A stretch of 64,000 nt of DNA from Candidatus Moraniibacteriota bacterium (GCA_052034935.1 JBPOIB010000001.1:74746-138745); one strand, 5' to 3'. Shown: positions 1 to 9,658, counted from the first letter of the stretch. A program made the numbers and translations. Notes: generated from the sequence alone by a model not told the origin.

Positions 1-716
1 CCAGCCTCAAGGGCTACTGGTCATTCAATGGGACAGATATGTCTGGTACCACAGCCTATGACCGGAGTGGTTCTGGCAATCATGGAACACTGACCAACGG
101 ACCAACGAAAACTGTTGGCAAACTCGGCCAGGGATTGAATTTTGATGTGGTCGATGACTATGTCAATGCCGGGTCCTCAGCCTCACTCGATAACCTGCCC
201 GCGGTGACAGCGAGTTTGTGGATCAAACCAAATTCCTTTGGTGAGGGAAACACCTTTGGAAAATTGATTGGGAAAGACGGAAGTATAACTGCGGGAGCTT
301 GGCAATTGAGCCTACTCAATGGCGCTTCTTGTATTTCAGCTGGTACTCCGACCCAAACCGCATCATTCTTTTTCGCTCAGACTGGAGCAACTGGTAATCA
401 TAGACTCAGTCGTTGTAGTGCAGATAATAGTATTACGCTTAACGAATGGCAACACATTGCCGTGACCTGGGATGGCGCTACTACAGGAGCAAATAATACT
501 GGTGTGCGCCTCTATAAAAATGGGGTGGAAGTATCTTACACTACGACGAGTGCCGCCGGTGTAGATAGTTTGGGTTCTGACGCATCACTCGACCTCATCA
601 TTGGCAACCGCCCGGCCGGTGACCGGACATTTGATGGCAAGATTGATGAGGTCAGGCTATATAATCGAGTATTGTCTCCTGATGAGATTGCGGCGCTGTA
701 TAATCAATCGAGGTAG
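1..716 (+). CDS. LamG/concanavalin A-like lectin domain protein, C-terminal part (5' end outside the window)
   Basis: The frame is open from nt 3 (…LKGYWSFNGTDMSGT…). The C-terminal motif DLIIGNRPAGDRTFDGKIDEVRLYNRVLSPDEIAALY is typical of LamG/laminin-G-like jelly-roll domains. Stop codon at 714-716. Confidence 0.6.
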   Translation, partial: SLKGYWSFNGTDMSGTTAYDRSGSGNHGTLTNGPTKTVGKLGQGLNFDVVDDYVNAGSSASLDNLPAVTASLWIKPNSFGEGNTFGKLIGKDGSITAGAWQLSLLNGASCISAGTPTQTASFFFAQTGATGNHRLSRCSADNSITLNEWQHIAVTWDGATTGANNTGVRLYKNGVEVSYTTTSAAGVDSLGSDASLDLIIGNRPAGDRTFDGKIDEVRLYNRVLSPDEIAALYNQSR

Positions 717-726
717 CGAGATGAAT

Positions 727-821
727 CCCGTTAGAGATTGATGAAACAATAACCATGACTTAGGAATGGCATCAAAATGGAATAGGCAGGATGAGGTTAT
801 CAAATCTGTATCTCTAACGGG
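727..821. mobile_element. MITE-like palindromic-terminus element, copy A (95 bp)
   Basis: CCCGTTAGAGAT at 727-738 and its exact reverse complement ATCTCTAACGGG at 810-821 (12/12 bp). Both are flanked by the direct repeat ATGAAT (721-726 and 822-827). The internal 71 nt is related, in inverted orientation, to the element at 50425-50521. Confidence 0.5.
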
Positions 822-2402
822 ATGAATTACGAATTACTGAATGCTTTGCGTGGTTGGCGTGATGAACAGGCTCGGACTGAGGGCGTAGAGGGGTATCGCG
901 TCTTGAATAATGCGGCACTCGAGGAGCTCGCGCGGACGCTTCCGACGACGAAGGAGGGGCTTTGCGAAGTGAAGGGAATCAAGGACGCGAAGTATCGGAA
1001 ATACGGCAAGACATTGCTTGGTATGATTGCTTCGTTTACGGGCAAAGCGAACGGTACGACGGAGGGTGAGCAAGCGATAGCTGCTTTCGAACAGAGCCTG
1101 GTCGCGTCTCGAGAGAGCACTGCTGGCGAAGATCTAGAAAGTGTGCAGGCCGGTCCGGCGGAGCCGCTCTCGGTCTCGCAATTCCTCGACAGCCTCAATA
1201 TGGAGCTTTCCGGGATGGCTGCCCGGATCAAAGGCGAGGTGTCGAGTGTCGATGTCCGCGAACGGGTCGTGTATTTTAGTTTGAAAGATAGTCAGGATGA
1301 AAGCCTCATCAGTTGTCTTATTTTCCGCTACCAGTATGATGTCTCGGGCGTGAAGCTTGCGATCGGGGACGAGATCATCGTCGAGGGAGCACCGGATATC
1401 TACAAGCCGTCGGGCCGGCTCAGTCTGAAAGTCGGCATCATCGAGTATGCTGGTGAAGGTGAGCTGAAGAAAGCCTATGATGCGCTCTACAAGAAGCTCG
1501 AGTTGTCAGGTGCGTTTGCTCCCGAACGGAAACGACTTATTCCGGAATTTTCCGAGCGGATTGCGCTCATCACTTCCCGTGAAGGAGCAGCCATCGGGGA
1601 CTTCACGATGAATCTGGCTCGCTCTGGCATGCACGTCGATTTCTACCCGACCTTGGTCGAAGGAAAGAAAGCGGTGTTCGAGATCATCGAAGCAATCCGT
1701 TTCTTCAATCAGACACCGGAGCGGTATGATGCGCTCGTCATCATCCGCGGCGGTGGTAGTCTCGAGAGTTTACAGGCTTTCAATACCGAAGCGCTTGCGA
1801 ATGAAGTGCTCGGATCGGTGATTCCGGTTTTGGCGGGTATCGGCCATGAGCGCGATGTCTCGCTCGCAGCGCTCGCGGCCGACCATATGGTCTCGACCCC
1901 AACGGCGACGGCCCGCTATCTCTCGGTTTCGTGGGATGAGGCGCGCGCGAGTTTGGGCAAGCAAACGCTCGCTCTTGATCGGGTGGTGAGCGAATTTCAG
2001 GCTGAAATCGAAACTCGAATCCACAATGCCGAAGAAGCGATGCGGGACATGCTCTCGGCGCTTTCGCAAAAAGTAATCATGACACAGATGGCGTTTCGCG
2101 AAGCGGTGGCGCTTTTCCCAGGTCAGTGCCGTTCGCTTGGTGATCGGATCCAGAATGGTACCGCCTTGTGGAAAACGCATATCGAAGCGGCACTGTCGCG
2201 GAGTCGCGAGGACTTGCGGTCAGCCGGGGAGCGGCTGCGACAGTATGATCCGGTCCGCGTGCTCACGCTCGGGTATTCGATTGTCCGTAAAGAAGGTCGG
2301 ATTCTCCGAGGGAGCGGAGATGTCGCCGTCGGGGACCGTATCGATATACAACTCGGCTCGGGCAGGGTAGAATCGGAAGTAATCACCGTAACACAGTCCT
2401 AA
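822..2402 (+). CDS. xseA: Exodeoxyribonuclease VII large subunit with an N-terminal HRDC domain fused
   Basis: Residues ~5-70 (ELLNALRGWRDEQARTEGVEGYRVLNNAALEELARTLPTTKEGLCEVKGI...YGKTLLGMI) resemble the RecQ/RNase D HRDC fold. They are followed by an OB fold and an XseA catalytic core (ALITSREGAAIGDF..., IIRGGGSLESL..., AGIGHERDVSLAALAADH...). Confidence 0.85.
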   Translation: MNYELLNALRGWRDEQARTEGVEGYRVLNNAALEELARTLPTTKEGLCEVKGIKDAKYRKYGKTLLGMIASFTGKANGTTEGEQAIAAFEQSLVASRESTAGEDLESVQAGPAEPLSVSQFLDSLNMELSGMAARIKGEVSSVDVRERVVYFSLKDSQDESLISCLIFRYQYDVSGVKLAIGDEIIVEGAPDIYKPSGRLSLKVGIIEYAGEGELKKAYDALYKKLELSGAFAPERKRLIPEFSERIALITSREGAAIGDFTMNLARSGMHVDFYPTLVEGKKAVFEIIEAIRFFNQTPERYDALVIIRGGGSLESLQAFNTEALANEVLGSVIPVLAGIGHERDVSLAALAADHMVSTPTATARYLSVSWDEARASLGKQTLALDRVVSEFQAEIETRIHNAEEAMRDMLSALSQKVIMTQMAFREAVALFPGQCRSLGDRIQNGTALWKTHIEAALSRSREDLRSAGERLRQYDPVRVLTLGYSIVRKEGRILRGSGDVAVGDRIDIQLGSGRVESEVITVTQS

Positions 2403-2406
2403 ACGT

Positions 2407-2610
2407 ATGAAGAAAGAATCACTCGGCGAATCGCTCAAGAAACTGGAAGCTATCACGGCTTGGTTCGAGGGCCAGGAGGAAATCGATGTCGAAAAGGCAC
2501 TCGAAAAGGTGAAGGAGGGCGTATCGCTCATCAAAGCGAGCAAGGAACGGCTCCGGGAGGTGGAGAATGAGTTCGAGATCGTGAAGAAGGAGCTCGACAA
2601 GAGCGAATAG
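2407..2610 (+). CDS. xseB: Exodeoxyribonuclease VII small subunit
   Basis: A 67-aa helical protein (SLEKLEAITAWFEG...DVEKALEKVKEGVSLIKASKERL) lying 4 nt after xseA. Confidence 0.85.
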   Translation: MKKESLGESLKKLEAITAWFEGQEEIDVEKALEKVKEGVSLIKASKERLREVENEFEIVKKELDKSE

Positions 2611-2660
2611 ACCAAAGCCGGTGCTATACTGAAACAAGAAAACAAACAAAATTTTTTATC

Positions 2661-4361
2661 ATGCATCGGTTTTCAGGAGACATTTCTATCGTGCTCGGCG
2701 GCGCGGCCGGACAAGGCGTCCAGACCGTTGAGACGCTTCTGGTCCAAGTCCTGAAGCGCGAGGGCTATCATGTCTATGCATCGAAGGAATACATGTCGCG
2801 TATCCGCGGCGGAAGCAATTCGACTGAGATCCGTCTCACCTCGAAGAAACGGCGCGCGTATGTCGACCGGATCGACCTTTTGTTCGCGCTCGACAAAAAT
2901 GTCATCCCACATCTCGAACGCCGAACTTCCAAGGATACGATTGTCATCGGCGAGAAGGAAAAAGTTTGCGATACCGAATGCCGGGTAATCGATGTGCCCT
3001 TCACACGTTTCGCCAACGAGCTCGGCCACCCGATCTATACGAGCACGGTCGCGGTCGGTGTCGTTCTCGGGATGCTCAAGGCCGAAGAATCAGTCTTTCA
3101 TGATTACCTCCGGGAGCATTTCGCCCGGAAAGGCGAAGAAGTGGTCGCGAAGAATATCGAAGCCGCCAAAATGGGCTATGTTCATGGTACGCATATCTCT
3201 TTCCTCGAAGGCGTCGAGATTTCTATTCCTCGGAACCGCGATCCCGAAGAGACGCTCCTCATGGAGGGGATTGAAAGCGTCGGTCTCGGAACACTTGCGG
3301 CCGGTTGCAATTACATTAGCTCGTATCCGATGTCGCCGGGCACGGGCCTTTTGACGTTCCTCGCCGCCCATAAAAAAGAATTCGGCGTGGTCGTCGACCA
3401 GGCAGAGGATGAGATCGCCGCTATCAATCAGGGCCTCGGCGCCTGGTACGCCGGTGCTCGCGCGGTCGTGACGACTTCGGGCGGCGGCTTCGCGCTCATG
3501 GGTGAGGGCGTGAGTCTTGCTGGCATCATCGAAACTCCGGTCGTCGTCCATGTCGGGCAGCGTCCCGGCCCGGCGACAGGGCTCCCGACTAGGACCGAGC
3601 AGGCCGACCTCAATCTCGTCCTGTACGCCGGACACGGCGAATTCCCGCGCGCCATCTTTGCGCCGGGTACGCCTGAAGAGGCATATCATGCGATGACGCA
3701 GGCTTTTTATATCGCGGACAAATACCAGGTTCCGACGTTCGTCCTGACCGATCAATTCCTCCTCGATTCAGTGACGACGGTCGTGCCAAAGAACCTGAAG
3801 GCCGCTTCGGCCGAGCAGCATATCGTCGAAACGAAGGACGACTATGCCCGGTATGCGCTCGCGGAAGATGGTGTGTCGCCGCGCGGCGTCCCTGGTTTCG
3901 GCAAGGGACTTGTCGGCGTCGACTCGGATGAACACGATGTGATGGGTCATATCACGGAAAGCGCGGTCGTCCGGATGGAGCAGCATGGGAAGCGCCTCTC
4001 GAAGATCGAAGGTATCCGATCCGAAGCTCTCGCGCCAGCTATCGATGCACAGTCGAAAAAAGCCAAGACGCTCATCGTTACGTGGGGATCGAATCAGGGC
4101 GTTGTCGAGGAGGCACTCGATCTACTTCAGGACAAGGAACTCGGCCAAATCCATTTCGTCCAAGTCTATCCGCTCGATCCGAAAGGGGAGAAACTCTTCG
4201 CCAAAGCCGAGAAAATCGTCGTGGTGGAAAACAACGCTGTCGGACAGTTTGCCAATCTCCTTGAGCAGGAATACAAAATCACCGTCGCTGAGCGGATCCT
4301 GAAATGCGACGGCAATCCGTTTTCCGTCGAAGAGCTCGTCAAACGTTTCAAAAAACTATGA
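2661..4361 (+). CDS. 2-oxoacid:ferredoxin oxidoreductase, alpha subunit (gamma-alpha fused)
   Basis: An N-terminal gamma-like domain ([13 protein letters not shown]...) is followed by a KorA/PorA-type alpha domain. The stop codon overlaps the beta-subunit start (ATGA). Confidence 0.85.
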   Translation: MHRFSGDISIVLGGAAGQGVQTVETLLVQVLKREGYHVYASKEYMSRIRGGSNSTEIRLTSKKRRAYVDRIDLLFALDKNVIPHLERRTSKDTIVIGEKEKVCDTECRVIDVPFTRFANELGHPIYTSTVAVGVVLGMLKAEESVFHDYLREHFARKGEEVVAKNIEAAKMGYVHGTHISFLEGVEISIPRNRDPEETLLMEGIESVGLGTLAAGCNYISSYPMSPGTGLLTFLAAHKKEFGVVVDQAEDEIAAINQGLGAWYAGARAVVTTSGGGFALMGEGVSLAGIIETPVVVHVGQRPGPATGLPTRTEQADLNLVLYAGHGEFPRAIFAPGTPEEAYHAMTQAFYIADKYQVPTFVLTDQFLLDSVTTVVPKNLKAASAEQHIVETKDDYARYALAEDGVSPRGVPGFGKGLVGVDSDEHDVMGHITESAVVRMEQHGKRLSKIEGIRSEALAPAIDAQSKKAKTLIVTWGSNQGVVEEALDLLQDKELGQIHFVQVYPLDPKGEKLFAKAEKIVVVENNAVGQFANLLEQEYKITVAERILKCDGNPFSVEELVKRFKKL

Positions 4362-5215
4362 TCGACAAGAAACTCTACGATATGCCGCATGGCACGGACA
4401 TGGCCTGGTGTCCGGGCTGCGGCAATTTTCCAATCCTGAATATCATGAAGGGCGTACTCTCTGAAATGGATATCCATCCGACCGAGGTCGTCATCTGTTC
4501 GGGTATCGGCCAGGCCGCCAAGACGCCGCACTATCTCCGCGTCCATTACTTCAATGGGCTCCACGGGCGAGCCTTGCCGCCAGCCATCGCCATCAAAACA
4601 AGTAATCCGAAACTAACGGTCATCGCTGAAAGTGGTGATGGTGATACCTATGGCGAGGGCGGGAATCATTTTCTGCATACTATCCGTCGCAATCCAGACA
4701 TCACCAATATCGTCCATAACAACATGATTTACGGCCTCACGAAGGGTCAGGCCTCGCCGACTTCGGAGAAGGGGATGACGACGCCGGTTCAGACGGACGG
4801 GGTCATGCTCGAGCCATTCAATCCACTAGCGGTTGCTCTCGCGGCTGGAGCCACGTTCGTCGCGCGTGCCTTCTCGGGTGATATTCCGCAAGCCAAAGAA
4901 ATCGTGAAGATGGCCATCCAACACAAGGGTTATGCGCTCGTCGATGTCTTCCAGCCGTGTGTCGTTTTCAATAAGCAGAATACGTTTCAGTGGTTCAAGG
5001 AACATACCTATTATCTCGGGAGCGAGCATGATAAGCGCGACAAGGCGAAAGCGCTCGCTCTGGCGCTCGATACGAAGCGGATGGCGATGGGAGTGATTTA
5101 CCAAGAGACCGGACGACCGAGCTATGAGGAACTCGTTCGTGAAGGCAACGACCCGCTCTATGAGCGAAAGCTCGATCAGACGAAGCTCGATGCGCTCATT
5201 GAGAAGTACCGATAG
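4358..5215 (+). CDS. 2-oxoacid:ferredoxin oxidoreductase, beta subunit (TPP-binding)
   Basis: The sequence [32 protein letters not shown] matches the thiamine-PP binding beta subunit of the OFOR family. The ATG at 4358 overlaps the alpha-subunit stop. Confidence 0.85.
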   Translation: MIDKKLYDMPHGTDMAWCPGCGNFPILNIMKGVLSEMDIHPTEVVICSGIGQAAKTPHYLRVHYFNGLHGRALPPAIAIKTSNPKLTVIAESGDGDTYGEGGNHFLHTIRRNPDITNIVHNNMIYGLTKGQASPTSEKGMTTPVQTDGVMLEPFNPLAVALAAGATFVARAFSGDIPQAKEIVKMAIQHKGYALVDVFQPCVVFNKQNTFQWFKEHTYYLGSEHDKRDKAKALALALDTKRMAMGVIYQETGRPSYEELVREGNDPLYERKLDQTKLDALIEKYR

Positions 5216-5256
5216 AAAAAAACCACCCTTCGAACTTACCCAGGGTGGTTTTTTTT
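5216..5256. terminator. Bidirectional rho-independent terminator between convergent genes
   Basis: An A-run, then stem ACCACCCT (5222-5229) pairing with AGGGTGGT (5242-5249), then a T-run at 5249-5256. It lies between the + gene ending at 5215 and the - gene ending at 5259. Confidence 0.6.
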
Positions 5257-5258
5257 GG

Positions 5259-5609
5259 TTAGTCGAGGCCGAGTTGAATCTTGGCCTCAGGCGTCATTTT
5301 TTCAATGGTCCAGGGCGGGTCAAAGGTGAGAGCCGTCTCGACGTCCTCAATCGTGTCGAGTTCCATGACGCGATCCTCGATTTCTTTTTGGATCTGACCG
5401 AAGAGCGGACAACCCATGGTAGTGAGCGTCATGGTGATGATGCATTTCCCCTCCTTATCTACCGAAACGCCGTAAATCAAACCGAGCTCGACAATCGAGA
5501 TGCCGAGTTCAGGATCGAGCACGAGGTCGAGTTTCCCTCGCACCTGTTCCTCGATAGATTTTTTGAGATCAGCTTTTGGCATAGAGGAAGAAAAAGGGAG
5601 CCGGGACAT
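5259..5609 (-). CDS. DUF59 / MIP18-family Fe-S assembly protein (SufT-like)
   Basis: A ~116-aa protein (SIEEQVRGKLDLVLDPELGISIVELGLIY...MTLTTMGCPL) is the last gene of the suf operon. A GGGAG Shine-Dalgarno sequence precedes the ATG. Confidence 0.7.
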   Translation of the reverse strand: MSRLPFSSSMPKADLKKSIEEQVRGKLDLVLDPELGISIVELGLIYGVSVDKEGKCIITMTLTTMGCPLFGQIQKEIEDRVMELDTIEDVETALTFDPPWTIEKMTPEAKIQLGLD

Positions 5610-5636
5610 CCGACTCCCGAGAAGTGATGGATGTAA

Positions 5637-5906
5637 TTACTCTGGGAAAACCTGCTTACCGTTCTCATCCTTGATTCGGATGGCGGCGACCGGACAGCCG
5701 CGGGCAGCGTTCAGGATGGTTTCCTGGTCGTCCGCATCGACCGTCGAGAGGATGCCTGCCTTGCCGGCGTCATCGAGCGCGAAGGTATTTGGTGCCATCG
5801 CAGTGCAGGGGGCAGCCCCGATGCAGACACCGTGGTCAACTTCGACGGTCCAGCCGTTACTGAGGGTTACCGGACCGGCGGGTTTCGTTTCATCTTTCCA
5901 TGCCAT
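5637..5906 (-). CDS. Small ferredoxin (single [4Fe-4S]/[3Fe-4S] type)
   Basis: An 89-aa protein with a VDHGVCIGAAPC...RGCPVAAI cysteine pattern, sitting between sufU and the DUF59 gene. Confidence 0.75.
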   Translation of the reverse strand: MAWKDETKPAGPVTLSNGWTVEVDHGVCIGAAPCTAMAPNTFALDDAGKAGILSTVDADDQETILNAARGCPVAAIRIKDENGKQVFPE

Positions 5907-5915
5907 AAGATGTAG

Positions 5916-6034
5916 AGCTTTTAAAATTTAGCGTATTTCTTCGTTACAAACTCTGGTGCTCGCCGTCGTATAAAAAATACGACTTACTCCGCCCCTCGTC
6001 TGTTCCTCGAACTCCGCCTAAATTTTTAAAAGCT
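5916..6034. repeat. AT-rich inverted repeats inside the suf operon (internal promoter/operator or attenuator candidate)
   Basis: AGCTTTTAAAATTTA (5916-5930) and TAAATTTTTAAAAGCT (6019-6034) are inverse complements with one indel. A nested pair CGTATTT / AAATACG lies between them. The whole region is the 135-nt gap between sufU and the ferredoxin gene. Confidence 0.4.
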
Positions 6035-6041
6035 TGATTAG

Positions 6042-6416
6042 TTATTTATCTAAAACTTTGCTGGTGAGGGTTTTCTTCAGCGTCTCGAGCGAGAGGAGGC
6101 CGCATTTCAGCCGGGCCGGGGAAAGCGCGACTCCGAGGAGCTCGAGTACAGCTTTCGGTTCGAGCGAGCGCGCCGTTTCGACTGTCTTGCCTTTGACGTA
6201 CTCGGTCAGAAGCGAGGCGGAAGCCTGGGAAATCGCGCAGCCGGAACCGGAAAACCTCACATCCGAAATAGTACCATTTTGGACGGCGATGTCCATGGAA
6301 AGCGAGTCACCGCAGGTTGGATTCTTGGCTTCTGCGTGATTGGTCGGTTGTTCGAGTGAGCCAAAATTCCGCGGGGTGCGGTAGTGGTCGAGGATTTGGT
6401 CCTGGTAGAGACTCAT
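6042..6416 (-). CDS. sufU: SufU/IscU-like Fe-S cluster scaffold (sulfur acceptor for SufS)
   Basis: MSLYQDQILDHYRTPRNFG...NPTCGDSL...SGSGCAISQASAS is an SufU-type NifU-like N-domain. The ORF track begins at an upstream TTG (6440); the ATG at 6416 is preferred. Confidence 0.8.
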   Translation of the reverse strand: MSLYQDQILDHYRTPRNFGSLEQPTNHAEAKNPTCGDSLSMDIAVQNGTISDVRFSGSGCAISQASASLLTEYVKGKTVETARSLEPKAVLELLGVALSPARLKCGLLSLETLKKTLTSKVLDK

Positions 6417-6420
6417 AGGG

Positions 6421-7647
6421 TTAGACGGTAAAGCGTTCAAGGGCGGCTTTTAGCGCGTCGATGAATCGATTGATATCGTCGTTCGTCGTGTAGACCGAGA
6501 AGCTGAGACGGGTTGTCGCCGGGAGCAAAAGTGAACGGTGGAGCGGTGCGGCGCAGTGTTCGCCGGCCCGGACACAGACCTCTTTTTCGCCGAGGATCTC
6601 AGCGATATCGTGCGGATGCATACCCTCGAGAGTAAAGGAAAGGATGCTTGGCCTCTTCTTAGCATCTTCCGTACCGAGGATATGAATCTTTTCGCCGAAG
6701 CTTGTCTTCAGACGGTCAATCGCATACAGAGCGATGAGTTCTTCATGGGCGTGGATATTTTCGACGCCGAGTGTCTTTACATATTGGATTGCCGCCGCGA
6801 GGCCGATGGCGCCAGCGATATTCGGCGTTCCGGCCTCGAGATTTTCCGGGAGCGCCTTGTATATGGTTTCTGAACTGCAGGCATCGAGGACCGTGCCGCC
6901 GCCGACATTTATCGGGCGAAGCTGTTCGAGTGCGGACGGTTTTCCCGTGAGGACGCCGATGCCGGTCGGACCGAAGAGCTTGTGTCCCGAGAAGACGAGG
7001 TAGTCAGCGTTCCAATTCTGGAGGTCGACAATCATGTGTCCCACCGCTTGGCAGGCGTCGACAAGGATGAGGGTCCTTGGGTTTTTTCTGCGGATCGCTG
7101 AGATAAGTTCTTTGACTGGGTTTATCACGCCGAAAACATTCGAGACGGCAGAAAAGGCCACGACCGCTGTTTCGCCGTCGATGAGCGAGACGAGATGCTC
7201 TGGGTCAATCTGACCGCTGGTATCGAAGTGTGCGATCCGAAGCTCGGCACCGCTACGATGTGCGAGTTCTTTCCAGGGAAGGAAATTCGAATGGTGCTCG
7301 AGCTCCGTAACAACGAGGTTCTTCTCTGAATCGACCGTATGTCCAAGGCCGAGCGCGACCTGATTGATGCCATGGGTCGCATTCGCGGTGAAGACGACCG
7401 TCTCCTTGCTTTCAACATTCAAAAACTTTGAGACGGTTTCCCGGGCTTCATCAAAAGCCGCGGTCGCGCTCGCCGCAAGCGGGTAGAGACCGCGGCCAAC
7501 ATTGGCCGAATACTCGAAGTAGTAGCGGTTCATCGCCTCGATGACGGCTTTCGGCTTGAGCGCCGTCGCCGCCGAATCGAGATAAACCAGTCTAGGATTC
7601 GACTCAAAAATAGGAAAGTCCCGACGAATAGTTTTTGGATCGAGCAT
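6421..7647 (-). CDS. sufS: Cysteine desulfurase SufS (class II aminotransferase V)
   Basis: IRRDFPIF...VYLDSAATALKP...HK (PLP lysine)...RAGEHCA. The start is taken at MLDPKTIRRDFP (ATG 7647). Confidence 0.9.
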   Translation of the reverse strand: MLDPKTIRRDFPIFESNPRLVYLDSAATALKPKAVIEAMNRYYFEYSANVGRGLYPLAASATAAFDEARETVSKFLNVESKETVVFTANATHGINQVALGLGHTVDSEKNLVVTELEHHSNFLPWKELAHRSGAELRIAHFDTSGQIDPEHLVSLIDGETAVVAFSAVSNVFGVINPVKELISAIRRKNPRTLILVDACQAVGHMIVDLQNWNADYLVFSGHKLFGPTGIGVLTGKPSALEQLRPINVGGGTVLDACSSETIYKALPENLEAGTPNIAGAIGLAAAIQYVKTLGVENIHAHEELIALYAIDRLKTSFGEKIHILGTEDAKKRPSILSFTLEGMHPHDIAEILGEKEVCVRAGEHCAAPLHRSLLLPATTRLSFSVYTTNDDINRFIDALKAALERFTV

Positions 7648-7651
7648 AAGC

Positions 7652-8242
7652 TTAATCAGTGAGGGTATCGAGAAGAATATGAAAGGCTTCAGTTCTGACA
7701 CCGAGTCTTTCTATTCGTTCCATCGCTTCCTGAAAAAATCCTGACACGAGTAGGTTTCGGGCGGCGGCTTTCGGCAATCCGCGTGATTCGGCAAAAAAGA
7801 GAGCTTCGTCGTTCAGGGGAGCGGTTGTTGCAGCGTGATGGCATTTGACATCATGCGCGAGGATTTCCAGAGCGGGCCGAGCCTGGGATCTGGCAAGAGG
7901 AGAGAGAAGAAGGGTACGGCTTTCCTGCGAGGCATCGGAGCGGTGAGCGTCTTTGTCGATGATAATCGCTCCGTCATAAGTGAACGAAGCAGTGCCACCG
8001 AGCGCTGCTTTTACCAGTGCGGAAGAAACCGTGTCGGGCGCAAGATGTTTCTGCACGAGATCAAGCGATTGTCTCGAGTCGCCAGTGCCAGTATAGAAAG
8101 CGAAAACATGTGCCGCCGCGCCGTGGCTAGCCAGTTCAATCGTGATTTTCCCGGTCCGATTGAGCAGGAAGAAAACTATGTTCTCGCTTTCTTCGAGTCG
8201 GTAGACGGTTTGGGTTTCGCTGGAAATATCGCGGTAGCGCAT
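7652..8242 (-). CDS. sufD: SufD-like Fe-S assembly protein (short form, C-terminal domain only)
   Basis: A 196-aa protein between sufB and sufS with SufB/D-family C-terminal helices (LFFAESRGLPKAAARNLLVSGFF). Confidence 0.65.
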   Translation of the reverse strand: MRYRDISSETQTVYRLEESENIVFFLLNRTGKITIELASHGAAAHVFAFYTGTGDSRQSLDLVQKHLAPDTVSSALVKAALGGTASFTYDGAIIIDKDAHRSDASQESRTLLLSPLARSQARPALEILAHDVKCHHAATTAPLNDEALFFAESRGLPKAAARNLLVSGFFQEAMERIERLGVRTEAFHILLDTLTD

Positions 8243-8248
8243 AGGTGT

Positions 8249-9658
8249 TTAGCCGATCGAGCCTTTCATTTCGAGATTGATGAGACGATTGAGTTCGATC
8301 GAGTACTCGAGTGGGATTTCCTTTACGACGGGATCGATGAAGCCGTTGACGAGAAGCCCCTCCGCATCGCCTTGGCTGATACCGCGCGAAGTGAGGTAGA
8401 ACAGCTTTTCCTCGCCGATGCGCTCGACGGTCGCCTCGTGCTCGATGGTGGCGGTTTCTTCATTGATGCGCATCGTCGGATAGGTGTCCGAGCGTGACTC
8501 TCCATCGAGGAGGAGGGCATCACAGACGACAGAGGCTTTCGCATTGGTCGCGCCGTTTGCAATATGGACCAAGCCGCGGTAGGAAGTGCGCCCACCGTCT
8601 TTGGAAATCGATTTCGAGATGACACGCGAAGTGGTGTCGGGCGCGAGATGAACCATCTTGGCGCCGGCGTCTTGATGTTGACCTTTCCCGGCGTAGGCAA
8701 TCGAGAGAACCTCCCCACGCGCACCTCGGCCAGCGAGATAGACCGCTGGGTACTTCATCGTGACGCCCGAGCCGATATTGCAGTCAATCCACTCCATGAT
8801 AGCGTTTTCTTCGGCCCGGGCGCGCTTGGTGACGAGGTTGTAGATATTCTTGGACCAGTTCTGGACCGTCGTGTACCGGACGCGAGCGCCCTTCTTCACG
8901 AAGATCTCAACGACGGCCGAGTGGAGCGAGCTCGCGCGGTAAATCGGGGCAGTGCAACCTTCGATATAGTGGACCGAACTCCCTTCTTCGGCGATGATAA
9001 GCGTCCGTTCGAATTGCCCGAAGCTTTCGGCATTGATGCGGAAGTAGGCCTGCAGAGGGAGATCAACTTTGACTCCTTTCGGAACATAGACGAATGAACC
9101 ACCACTCCAGACAGCAGAGTTGAGCGCGGCGAATTTGTTATCATTCGGCGGGATGAGCGTGCCGAAGTATTCTTTGATGATGTCCGGATATTTCTTCACC
9201 GCCGTATCCATGTCGCAGAAGATGACACCGAGCTTGGTTAATTCCTTGTGGACGCTTTCGTAGACGACTTCGGATTCATACTGGGCCGAGACTCCAGCAA
9301 GGAAATTCTTTTCGGCTTCGGGGACACCAATCTTGTCGTAGGTGTCTTTGATTTCCTTCGGCAGATCTTCCCAGGTCTGTGACTGTTCGGAGGTGGCCTT
9401 CAGATAGTAAGTGATCTTTTCGAAGTCGATGCCGGAGAGATCAGCGCCCCAATCGGGCATCGGCTTGTCGAGAAAAGTCTGGTAGCTTTTCAAGCGAAAA
9501 TCGCGCATCCATTTCCCCTCGCCTTTGACACCCGAGATTTCCGCGACCGTCGCCGCATCCAAACCAGCGCTCGTCTTGTGAACGGAGCGCTCTGGCATGG
9601 AGAAACCGTACTGATAGTCTCCGAGGTCGATATTCTTTTGATCCGTTTTCCGAGCCAT
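8249..9658 (-). CDS. sufB: Fe-S cluster assembly protein SufB
   Basis: A 469-aa protein with the classic SufB core (…YTTVQNWS…GRGARGEVLSIAYAGKGQHQDAGAKM…). Confidence 0.9.
   Translation of the reverse strand: MARKTDQKNIDLGDYQYGFSMPERSVHKTSAGLDAATVAEISGVKGEGKWMRDFRLKSYQTFLDKPMPDWGADLSGIDFEKITYYLKATSEQSQTWEDLPKEIKDTYDKIGVPEAEKNFLAGVSAQYESEVVYESVHKELTKLGVIFCDMDTAVKKYPDIIKEYFGTLIPPNDNKFAALNSAVWSGGSFVYVPKGVKVDLPLQAYFRINAESFGQFERTLIIAEEGSSVHYIEGCTAPIYRASSLHSAVVEIFVKKGARVRYTTVQNWSKNIYNLVTKRARAEENAIMEWIDCNIGSGVTMKYPAVYLAGRGARGEVLSIAYAGKGQHQDAGAKMVHLAPDTTSRVISKSISKDGGRTSYRGLVHIANGATNAKASVVCDALLLDGESRSDTYPTMRINEETATIEHEATVERIGEEKLFYLTSRGISQGDAEGLLVNGFIDPVVKEIPLEYSIELNRLINLEMKGSIG

Noticed and set aside
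721-827. Integron attC (59-be) interpretation of the palindromic-terminus elements
   Set aside because: The termini contain GTTAGAG, which resembles the attC R' core (GTTRRRY). But there is no cassette array, no intI nearby, the arms are perfectly rather than imperfectly paired with no extrahelical bases, and both copies are flanked by short direct repeats. A MITE or small structured element fits better.
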